Of a stretch of 64,000 bases of DNA, positions 32,646 through 40,349 are shown one piece after another. Made by a program: the position numbers and the translations under genes. The notes below the pieces were generated by a model. It made no database searches, had not been told where the DNA came from, and worked only from the letters and a program-made list of their open reading frames with translations. The stretch lies in contig JAOUGE010000003.1 in NCBI GenBank assembly GCA_029865605.1, positions 21,797 through 85,796 of the forward strand, written 5' to 3'. Source of the stretch: Candidatus Berkelbacteria bacterium. GTDB taxonomy: Bacteria; Patescibacteriota; UBA1384; DTJR01. Each line of letters starts with the position of its first letter. Position 1 is the first letter of the stretch.

Positions 32646-33440
32646 ATGTATTATTACATCTTTGAGCCAGCAAAAACATCCTATGAGCGATCTTACATAG
32701 AAAGAATTAGAGATGTAGCTCGTGAGGTTGGAATTGTTTCGGAAATGACTCAAGCGTCTCCGGCCAGATCGCCAGAAGAACTGGCGGCGATGGGAATTGT
32801 GAAACAGTACTCAACTATCGTCGCAGTCGGGGATGACTCTCATATTAATAGGGTGATAAGTCAATTGATGAACCTTAAGCCAGATTTTCATTATGCCGTC
32901 GGAATCATATCTACCGACTCACAATCAATGCTCTTCGAAAAATGGGGATTTAAAAAACCCGAACAAGCCTGTGAAACCTTAAAATTCCGTAAATTGAGCC
33001 GGTTTGATCTTGGTCTGGTTGAACCCAACTTCTACTTCTTAACTAGCGCAAAAATCGAATGTAAAAAACCAACCCGGGTAACGCTCGAAGTCGATCACTG
33101 GAGGGCAGATGCCATCATCGATAGAATTGAAGTCTCAAACAATCTTTACATACTCGTTGAAAGATTTATAAAAGAACCCTCCCTCGGAAAAACAGCCTTT
33201 AACTGGCTATTCGGAAAGTCTAACCTCAGAGCTGATCGAAGCATCTTTAAGGCAAAAATTATTAGGGCTGTTAGTGATGAAAATCTACCTATCGTTGTAG
33301 ACAAAATCGTCGTCGGTCACACGCCTTGCCATATTTATAGAAAGCCCAATGCCTTGAACATTATTACCAAACGTGATAATATATCTCTCGAAGAGGACAA
33401 CCAAGAGCGCAACAGAAACGAGTATAAGGAGCAAAAATAA
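32646..33440 (+). CDS. Diacylglycerol-kinase-like family protein (degenerate)
   Basis: YY.I..P, IVAVGDDS..N.V, GII, D.G motif pattern of the YegS/DAGK fold. Confidence 0.6.
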   Translation: MYYYIFEPAKTSYERSYIERIRDVAREVGIVSEMTQASPARSPEELAAMGIVKQYSTIVAVGDDSHINRVISQLMNLKPDFHYAVGIISTDSQSMLFEKWGFKKPEQACETLKFRKLSRFDLGLVEPNFYFLTSAKIECKKPTRVTLEVDHWRADAIIDRIEVSNNLYILVERFIKEPSLGKTAFNWLFGKSNLRADRSIFKAKIIRAVSDENLPIVVDKIVVGHTPCHIYRKPNALNIITKRDNISLEEDNQERNRNEYKEQK

Positions 33441-33985
33441 GTCCAAGGTCACCATTCGTAAGAAAAAATTACGGAATTTCTAAAGCCGAAGTACTTCTTA
33501 TCGATGAAAACGGTAAATCCCTCGGTGCAAAGAAAACCTCGGAGGCGATCGAAGCGGCATTCGAAAAGGGTTATGACTTAGTTGAAATCGGCCCCAACGC
33601 AACACCTCCGGTTTGCAAAATGCTTGACTTCGGTAAATACATGTACGAAGCCGAAAAAAAGCAACAAAAAAGTAAGGCGAAAGGACATTTTGGAGAAGTT
33701 AAAGAAATCAGATTTACTCCCCGGACCGGCGAACATGATATAAACACAAAAATAGAGCGAATAAAAAAATTTGTAAGCGAAGGATACAAAATAAGACTAA
33801 CGGTTAAGATGAAGGGTCGGGAGAATATATATTCAGAGCGGGCACTAGAACAAATAAATAAGATAAAAGGGGTTACGGGAATGAAGTTTGAGCAAAGCCC
33901 AGTAAGGTTAGGAAATAGATTCACCTGCATATTAGTTTACAACAAGGAAAACAATGCCAAAGATAAAAACGAAAAAATCAATTAG
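33437..33985 (+). CDS. infC: Translation initiation factor IF-3, non-canonical ATA start
   Basis: Frame open upstream of ORF-track start with LIDENG...DLVEI.PNA.PPVCK; TAAGGAG 5 nt before ATA at 33437. Confidence 0.93.
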   Translation: MSPRSPFVRKNYGISKAEVLLIDENGKSLGAKKTSEAIEAAFEKGYDLVEIGPNATPPVCKMLDFGKYMYEAEKKQQKSKAKGHFGEVKEIRFTPRTGEHDINTKIERIKKFVSEGYKIRLTVKMKGRENIYSERALEQINKIKGVTGMKFEQSPVRLGNRFTCILVYNKENNAKDKNEKIN

Positions 33986-34157
33986 AAAAAGGGTGGCGAA
34001 AATTACTGGAACGAGCCGAATTTTAAGGAGAAAAACAGTTTCCCAGCATCTCTGCAGTAGAAAAAGTAAGAGGACAAAAAAAAATTCCGGGCGGAAAACA
34101 GGATTGACCAAAGCAGACGAAAGAAAAATAAGGGCGCAAGTACCTTACGGTAAATAA
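33954..34157 (+). CDS. rpmI: 50S ribosomal protein L35
   Basis: MPKIKTKKS..KR..ITG; between infC and rplT. Confidence 0.93.
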   Translation: MPKIKTKKSIRKRVAKITGTSRILRRKTVSQHLCSRKSKRTKKNSGRKTGLTKADERKIRAQVPYGK

Positions 34158-34159
34158 TC

Positions 34160-34558
34160 ATGGCAAGAGTAAAAAGAGGCAAGACGAGCAGGGCAAGACA
34201 CAAAAGCTTAATTCAAAAAGCCAAAGGTTTTAGACATGGACGTAAAAATGTTTATAGGCAAGCAAAACAGGCGGTTGAAAAAGCGAAGGCCCACACCTAC
34301 AAAAGCAAAAAGGTTAAAAAAAGGAATTTTAGATCTCTTTGGATAGTAAGATTAAACGCTGCTTTAAAAACCCGGGGTATTAAATACTCAAAATTTATTG
34401 AGGCTTTAAGAAAAAGCAACGCAAACCTAAACCGCAAAGAACTCTCTCAGATAGCTTTGAATAATCCCGCCCAGTTTGAAAAGCTTATTATTAAAATTGG
34501 GCTTAAGAGTCCGTCCTTGAGAACAGAGCATAAACAGTCCATACAAGACCAAAAGTAA
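34160..34558 (+). CDS. rplT: 50S ribosomal protein L20
   Basis: MARVKRG, AKGF, KKRNFRSLWI.R.NAA, LNRK.L. Confidence 0.96.
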   Translation: MARVKRGKTSRARHKSLIQKAKGFRHGRKNVYRQAKQAVEKAKAHTYKSKKVKKRNFRSLWIVRLNAALKTRGIKYSKFIEALRKSNANLNRKELSQIALNNPAQFEKLIIKIGLKSPSLRTEHKQSIQDQK

Positions 34559-34925
34559 TCAGAACGTCAGCCAGATTAAAACTCGGCCATACCTTCAGGT
34601 CAATATAATCAATAACGCACCCTCTGAAAACACGATCGAGCAAGTTCGACAGGGCGGCTCCCATAACTAGAGCAAGAGGTAAAATAGGGCCTTGCTTTTT
34701 GTTTTGCTTCCAAAAATAAAGAAGAGCCCCAAAAACCAAAAACAAAACCGATGAACTTAATAAAATCGAATCGAACCTCCCTGGGCTTAACCCGAACCCA
34801 ACGCCTGCGTTGCACAACACAAGGCTAGGTAATTTTTCAACAAAGATCAGCTTTGTTAGCTGATCGAGTAAAACTGCCAGTGAACTTATTACAAATAAAA
34901 TCGGGGCTTTACTTATCTTTTGCAT
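34503..34925 (-). CDS. lspA: Lipoprotein signal peptidase II
   Basis: DQLTK, N.G..FG, GA.SNL.DR, V.DYI, WP.FN.AD. Confidence 0.92.
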   Translation of the reverse strand: MQKISKAPILFVISSLAVLLDQLTKLIFVEKLPSLVLCNAGVGFGLSPGRFDSILLSSSVLFLVFGALLYFWKQNKKQGPILPLALVMGAALSNLLDRVFRGCVIDYIDLKVWPSFNLADVLITFGLVWTVYALFSRTDS

Positions 34926-35235
34926 GGGTCGCACAAGTAGTTGCAGCGGGATAAACCTTAAGGCGGCCAGCCTCAATAACCCCGCTACACTTCTTACAAA
35001 TTCCGTATTTTCCTTCTTCTATCCTCTCCAGTGCTTTCTTCAGCTCCTTCAACTCCTTCTCGGCTAACTTCGATAAAGAGAGACTTTCCTCAAAAGCTTC
35101 GAATTCTAAAGCGTTGTCTTCGTTAGTTGTTCCGAGATGCTTAAATTTACGATATTCTTTTACCTCCCCCTCCAACCTCTTAATATCGAATTTTATTGCC
35201 TTCTTAAGACTTTTTAAAAGTTTTTGGCTGATCAT
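34909..35235 (-). CDS. TraR/DksA C4-type zinc-finger protein
   Basis: AL.RI..G.YG.C..C...I...RL...P....C..H. Confidence 0.9.
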   Translation of the reverse strand: MISQKLLKSLKKAIKFDIKRLEGEVKEYRKFKHLGTTNEDNALEFEAFEESLSLSKLAEKELKELKKALERIEEGKYGICKKCSGVIEAGRLKVYPAATTCATHAKDK

Positions 35236-35339
35236 AGGTAGCTCTCTCTGCTTTCTTTACTATCTCCATAATATCGGTCAAGTTACTCTTGTCAATAACC
35301 ATTTAATTTAAAAAGCTTTCGGGTAGAATAATCACATAT

Positions 35340-35439
35340 GCACCAGTACCTGCCGGCAGGCAGGGCTCGGCGGTAGAACGCTTGATTTACCTTCAAGCGT
35401 TTTGGGGTTGGAACCCGGAGCTAATCCACAGCCAGAGCA
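35340..35439 (+). other. tRNA-like structured element: tRNA 5' segment with insertions, no intact 3' half
   Basis: GCACCAG-TA-[16-mer]-GCTC...GAGC-A; internal 9-bp hairpin AACGCTTGA/TCAAGCGTT; TAGAAT -10 at 35324-35329. Confidence 0.55.
35349..35364. repeat. Short palindromic element CCTGCCGGCAGGCAGG
   Basis: 12-bp perfect palindrome CCTGCCGGCAGG plus CAGG, interrupting a tRNA-like TA|GCTC junction. Confidence 0.55.
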
Positions 35440-35449
35440 TATGAAAATT

Positions 35450-35526
35450 GCGTCTATAGCTCAGTTGGTTAGAGCGCATCGTTCACATCGATGAGGTCAG
35501 TGGTTCGAGTCCACTTAGACGCACCA
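35450..35526 (+). tRNA. tRNA-Val(CAC)
   Basis: GCGTCTA/TAGACGC acceptor, CATCG-TTCACAT-CGATG anticodon arm, GGTTCGAGTCC, encoded CCA. Confidence 0.96.
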
Positions 35527-35537
35527 TTAATTATGAA

Positions 35538-35563
35538 CAGGCGCCTCGATGTCGAGGCGCCTG
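35538..35563. terminator. GC-rich hairpin between convergent tRNA-Val and spoVS
   Basis: CAGGCGCCTCGA-TG-TCGAGGCGCCTG. Confidence 0.6.
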
Positions 35564-35590
35564 GATTCGCTCGCAGCCATACTGTCGGGC

Positions 35591-35935
35591 TCATCCCTTA
35601 GCAGGGGCACTGCCCCTCATCGAGGGCTCCCGCGGCTCAATGAAGAACCGGATTGCGGTGCGTTCGGCAGCCCCGATTTGAACATCGACAAACGCCGGGT
35701 AACACCAGATGTCCAGCCCTCCAGGGGACAGATAGCCGCGCGCGATGGCGATCGCCTTGACCGCCTGGTTAAGCGCTCCCGCCCCGATGGTCTGAACCTC
35801 CGCCCGGCGGCTTTCCCTGATACAGCCGGCAATGGCCCCAGCCACCTTGTTAGGATCCGACTTGGCCCCAACCTTGAGAACACCATCTTCGAACACTACT
35901 TCCGGCCGTTTCTCCTTTGTTCCTCTGCGTGGCAT
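35591..35935 (-). CDS. spoVS: Stage V sporulation protein S family (SpoVS, Alba-like fold)
   Basis: LKV.AKS.PN.VAGAIAG, IGAGALNQAVKAIAIARG, PAF.D......RTAI.F; AGGAGGT SD; GC-rich. Confidence 0.92.
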   Translation of the reverse strand: MPRRGTKEKRPEVVFEDGVLKVGAKSDPNKVAGAIAGCIRESRRAEVQTIGAGALNQAVKAIAIARGYLSPGGLDIWCYPAFVDVQIGAAERTAIRFFIEPREPSMRGSAPAKG

Positions 35936-36080
35936 CGTGTGCCACCTCCTGCTGACTGGTGTGTATGTTGCTGCAATCGTTGCTGCGAGCAAAAAAAGCT
36001 TATCATAAAAATATCAGTTTGTCATCGAAGCTACCATTTAAAATTATTTAGCTTTTGCTATAATCCTTTTTTAGAGGAAA

Positions 36081-36695
36081 ATGACTGAAGAAGAATTATT
36101 TACCCAAGAAAAGGAAACGCCGGAAGAAACTAAAAAGCGCAGTTTTTTAGTCAACTTATTCTTTGGTTTTATCGATTTTATTAAAACGGTTGCCTTAATC
36201 ATTATTATCGCTTTCGCCATCAGGGTTTTTGCCGTCCAGCCCTTCATTGTTGAGGGTCAGTCTATGGAGCCAATGTTTAAAAACAACGATTATCTGATTA
36301 CAGAAAAAATCTTATATCGGCTAAAAGACCCTGCTAGAGGCGATGTTGTTATTTTTCACCCTCCAGAAAATCCCTCTATAAACTATATCAAGAGAGTAAT
36401 CGGGCTGCCGGGAGATGTAATCGAAATCAAAGATGGTAAGGTTTTTGTTAACAGCCAAGCCTTGAGTGAATCCTATGTTGACTCTTCAACTCTGCTTAAT
36501 CTGAAGTCCCCGCAAGCGCCGATCACGCTAAAATCCGGAGAATATTACGTTTTAGGTGACAACCGAAATCACTCAAGAGATTCGCGCGAAATAGGCGCAA
36601 TTCCAAAACAAAACATAGTTTCAAGGATTTGGTTCAGACTGCTTCCGCCGTCAAGCATAAGGATCTTTGCCCGGGTCAACTACGACACACCCTAG
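36081..36695 (+). CDS. lepB: Signal peptidase I
   Basis: G.SMEP, YIKRVIGLPGD, GDNR.HS.DSR. Confidence 0.96.
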   Translation: MTEEELFTQEKETPEETKKRSFLVNLFFGFIDFIKTVALIIIIAFAIRVFAVQPFIVEGQSMEPMFKNNDYLITEKILYRLKDPARGDVVIFHPPENPSINYIKRVIGLPGDVIEIKDGKVFVNSQALSESYVDSSTLLNLKSPQAPITLKSGEYYVLGDNRNHSRDSREIGAIPKQNIVSRIWFRLLPPSSIRIFARVNYDTP

Positions 36696-37738
36696 ATCTT
36701 CATTAGCTCTCTTACAAGAAGATTGAGATTCTCTTTAGATTTAGCCGAAATGGCAACAGCAGGAAGGCGAGACAAAAACTCGAACCTTGAAATGTTAGCT
36801 ATCTCATCAGCGGACTTTTCTTTTAAAAGATCAATTTTATTTAATACCAAAACCACTTTTTTGTTATTCTGAAGAGCCAGCTGAGCCAAATGAGCCTCTC
36901 CCCTCGTTAGGCCCTCAGACGCATCGGCCAAAATTAAAACTACATCGCTTGAAATAATTGCTCCGACAGACCTTAAAACGCTATACTTCTCAACTCCGGG
37001 AGTAATCTTCCCTCTGCGCCTAAAACCAGCGGTATCTATGAATTCAAAAGATCGCGACCTGTTCCCAAGCCTTACTTCATATTTTATGCTGTCACGTGTC
37101 GTGCCCGGAATATCGCTAACAATCGCTCTTTCAAATCCGACCAAGGCATTAAAAAGAGTCGATTTGCCAACGTTGGGACGGCCGACAATCGCAACTCGGG
37201 TAAGAGCCTTCTTTTCAACCTCAGCTAGGGGCAGCCTACTCGTGATCAAATCGAGAAGATTACCGCTTCTTCGGCCAGATATAGCTGAAACAGCCATTTT
37301 TTGCCGAAATCCTACGTCCCTGCTGGCTCGAACTAACTCTTCCGCCCTCATATTATCCGTTTTATTAAAAACCAATATTATTTTATCGGAGAGTTTCCTC
37401 AACCTCTTAGCAACCTGCATATCTCGAGCCGTTAGCCCCTCCTTAGCATCAACGACAAACAAAACAAGGTCGGAGCCTTCAAGAGCTGCGTCAATTTGAT
37501 CTTGGGCTTTCTTCTCAATCTCCTGCTCGCTAATGCCATAATAATCAGTCAAAAACCCGGCTGTATCGACCAAAATGAAGCCTTTCCCCTCCCATTCCAC
37601 TTTTTCAGCAACCAGATCACGGGTTGTTCCGGGCTTATGCGAGGTGATTGCCCGACGCTCACCGACTAATCTGTTAAAAAGGGTCGATTTGCCGACATTG
37701 GGTCTGCCAATAATTGAAACTATCGGTAGGTTTTTCAT
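36692..37738 (-). CDS. der: Ribosome biogenesis GTPase Der/EngA lacking C-terminal KH-like domain
   Basis: Tandem GRPNVGKSTLFN...PGTTRD...DTAG...NK.D domains; ends right after GD2. Confidence 0.92.
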   Translation of the reverse strand: MKNLPIVSIIGRPNVGKSTLFNRLVGERRAITSHKPGTTRDLVAEKVEWEGKGFILVDTAGFLTDYYGISEQEIEKKAQDQIDAALEGSDLVLFVVDAKEGLTARDMQVAKRLRKLSDKIILVFNKTDNMRAEELVRASRDVGFRQKMAVSAISGRRSGNLLDLITSRLPLAEVEKKALTRVAIVGRPNVGKSTLFNALVGFERAIVSDIPGTTRDSIKYEVRLGNRSRSFEFIDTAGFRRRGKITPGVEKYSVLRSVGAIISSDVVLILADASEGLTRGEAHLAQLALQNNKKVVLVLNKIDLLKEKSADEIANISRFEFLSRLPAVAISAKSKENLNLLVRELMKI

Positions 37739-37872
37739 CTTTTGAGTTAATCTTATCAAAGAAGAATAGCACGGTTTAGACTAACTATCAACAGTCCCCA
37801 GTAAGATCAAATTCCGATATTGATTTCTGTTTCGGTTCCTGCTATGGTTTTAAAAACTTTCTGGTAAGCTTT

Positions 37873-39591
37873 ATGCCACTAGAAAAATCTTGCCGCCAGT
37901 GCAAGAACAGGTTCGTCATTGAAGATGATGAGTTAAAGTTTTTTTCAAAAATTTCCCCCCGGTTCTCAAATAAAACCTTCGAAATTCCCCCTCCGACTCT
38001 GTGTCCGGTCTGCCGTGAGATTCATCGGCTCATTCGCCGTAACGAAAGACATCTCTACAGCCGGAAATGCGACCTCTGCTCAAAACGAGTCGTCAGTATG
38101 TACTCAACCGGAAAGCCATTCCCGGTCTTTTGTCAAGAATGTTGGTGGGGCGGTAAATGGAACGCAAAAGACTATGGTGCAAAATACGAAAGCGGCTCTT
38201 TTTTTGAACAATTTAAGAAACTTTATAACAAGGTCCCCAAGGTCTGTGCCTCAATCATCAAAAGCACTAATTGCGACTTTAACACCTTTCTGGTTGATTC
38301 GAAAAATTGCTATATGACAACTTCATCAAGAGGAGAAAATTGCCTTTATTGCCGTAAGGTCGTTGATTGCCGTGATGTCGTTGACCTTCTTAACTCAAAC
38401 GAGTGCGAAAACTGCTATGAGACAATCAACTGCCATAACTGCTACGACTGCAATTTTGCAAATTTTTGCGAAAATTGTTCCAATTCGATGTTTTTATTTG
38501 CCTGCAAGGGTTGCCACAACTGTTTTATGAGCTCGAACCTGAACAACAAAAACTTCTATTTTTATAACCAGCCGCTTCCAAAGGAGGAATATTTGAAAAA
38601 GGTCAGCGAGCTCTGGAACGGCAGCTATAAAAGTCTAGAGAAACTAAAGGCGGAATACTTAGAACTTATTAAAGGCGCCACCCACAAAGAAAATACTAAC
38701 CGAAGAAGCGAGAATTGCTTAGGGAACGATCTTACAAACTGTAAAAATTGCCGGGACTGCTTTGAGATCAAAGACGGTGAAAACTGCATCTATGTTTACG
38801 ACAGCAAGGGCATAACCCCGCGCGACTCGATGGATTGCGATATGGGAGCTGGGGCCGAACTTTGCTACCAGCTTCTAAGCGGATATGTTGCCTATAGATG
38901 TATGTTCGGAGCGATCAATTATACTTCGAAAGATCTGCTCTACTGCTGCGATTGTTATGACAGTGATTTTCTTTTCGGCTGTGCTGGAATGAAAAATAGG
39001 AAATATTTTGTCTTAAACAGTGAGTATTCAAAAGAAGATTATGAAGAATTGGTCAGTAGAATAATCGCCGATATGATCGAGAATAAAGAATGGGGGGAGT
39101 ATTTCCCACTTGGCGACTCTACATTCGCTTACAATGAAGCCCTGGTTAGCATATATTTCCCTAAAACTAAACAAGAGGCTCAGAAAATCGGGGCGAACTG
39201 GCTTAATGACCACAAGGCAAAATATAAAGGGCCTTTTTATGAACCCTGCGACAGCATCTCCGACTACAAAAAATTCTCTCTCAAAAGAGACGAGCTTTTG
39301 CGAAGTGTAATCAGATGTCAGACCTCCGGCAGGCCGTTCAGAATAATCCCAAGGGAGCTCTCCTACTATATGGCAAACAATATTCCCATTCCACGCGAAC
39401 ATCCCGAAGCGAGATTTAAGAGAAGATTTTCGCTTCTTAACCCTCGCCAACTCTGGGAAAGAGATTGTATGTGCGAAGGCGAGTGCCTAAGGCACAGCGG
39501 GGAGTGCAAAACAAGGTTTAAAACGACCTATGCTCCAGAACGGCCAGAAAAGGTTTTTTGCGATAATTGCTATATTTATACGTTTAGATAA
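37873..39591 (+). CDS. Large Cys-rich multi-Zn-ribbon / C-x2-C repeat protein (CPR-type hypothetical)
   Basis: PPPTLCP.CR..R...RNER.LY.R.C, repeated C..C beta-solenoid-like motifs, T.YAP.R.E.V.C..CY end. Confidence 0.8.
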   Translation: MPLEKSCRQCKNRFVIEDDELKFFSKISPRFSNKTFEIPPPTLCPVCREIHRLIRRNERHLYSRKCDLCSKRVVSMYSTGKPFPVFCQECWWGGKWNAKDYGAKYESGSFFEQFKKLYNKVPKVCASIIKSTNCDFNTFLVDSKNCYMTTSSRGENCLYCRKVVDCRDVVDLLNSNECENCYETINCHNCYDCNFANFCENCSNSMFLFACKGCHNCFMSSNLNNKNFYFYNQPLPKEEYLKKVSELWNGSYKSLEKLKAEYLELIKGATHKENTNRRSENCLGNDLTNCKNCRDCFEIKDGENCIYVYDSKGITPRDSMDCDMGAGAELCYQLLSGYVAYRCMFGAINYTSKDLLYCCDCYDSDFLFGCAGMKNRKYFVLNSEYSKEDYEELVSRIIADMIENKEWGEYFPLGDSTFAYNEALVSIYFPKTKQEAQKIGANWLNDHKAKYKGPFYEPCDSISDYKKFSLKRDELLRSVIRCQTSGRPFRIIPRELSYYMANNIPIPREHPEARFKRRFSLLNPRQLWERDCMCEGECLRHSGECKTRFKTTYAPERPEKVFCDNCYIYTFR

Positions 39592-39594
39592 AAA

Positions 39595-40155
39595 TTATGC
39601 CGAGCGAACTCTGTTCAGAGTCCTAACCCACTTTTTATAAAAAGGTCTCGCAATCCTGCGGGCTTTCTCGAGTGTAATCCTGTCAAGCATAAAGTCGTAC
39701 TTTTCCCTTACCTGAACCTTCCCTATCCCCTTTTCGATCCAGCCCAAATGAATTCCGGCATTATTTTCAAAATAACTTATACTATCTGCATCCTTAATAA
39801 GATTTGATTCCTCGTCACCACCTGATTCGTGATGCGAAACCATGTTTTTAACCCTCATCGCAAACTTTTTTTCTGCGCCACAGCTGATTAGAAACTCGTA
39901 AATTTTATTTCCGGAGAGCTCTTCGTGCTTGCGCACATATCTTGGATCAACAATCTTCATTCCTCGAACGTAAAGGGGCAATCTATCAGGGGCGAAAGCC
40001 CTTCCAATGTCATGACCATACGCCGCAGCTTGCATCGCCTCGTCAGCATCAGGTTTTAATTGTAACAGCCAATAAACAGTCCTCTCAAAATGAGGCTTCT
40101 TGGAGCCAAATGACTTATCCACATATTCTCTAATTTTTTCCAAATTCCTCAACAT
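39595..40155 (-). CDS. HD-domain protein (DUF4202-like)
   Basis: H..RT..W, GHDI.R, HHE, DADS.S.F. Confidence 0.75.
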   Translation of the reverse strand: MLRNLEKIREYVDKSFGSKKPHFERTVYWLLQLKPDADEAMQAAAYGHDIGRAFAPDRLPLYVRGMKIVDPRYVRKHEELSGNKIYEFLISCGAEKKFAMRVKNMVSHHESGGDEESNLIKDADSISYFENNAGIHLGWIEKGIGKVQVREKYDFMLDRITLEKARRIARPFYKKWVRTLNRVRSA

Positions 40156-40262
40156 TTGAACTAAAATATAACAGACGGAGAGAAATAAGTTAAGCCTCTC
40201 GCCTCGAAAATAAATAGAAATCCTTGAGAAAACCCTAACTTTAAGATAAACTGATCTAGTAT

Positions 40263-40336
40263 TCCGGACTCGTCTAATGGCAGGACAGCGGCCTTTGAAG
40301 CCGTGAATCTACGTTCGAATCGTAGGTCCGGAGCCA
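40263..40336 (+). tRNA. tRNA-Gln(TTG)
   Basis: TCCGGAC/GTCCGGA acceptor, GCGGC-CTTTGAA-GCCGT anticodon arm, GTTCGAATC, CCA. Confidence 0.95.
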
Positions 40337-40349
40337 AATTTAAAAAATT

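Noticed and set aside
35549-36088. 179-aa plus-strand ORF and 89-aa alternative-frame ORF over spoVS
   Set aside because: Artefacts of stop-poor GC-rich DNA; the SpoVS frame has the homology and the SD
35450-40336. Prophage or integrative element between the two tRNAs
   Set aside because: Contains housekeeping lepB and der; no integrase or att direct repeats seen
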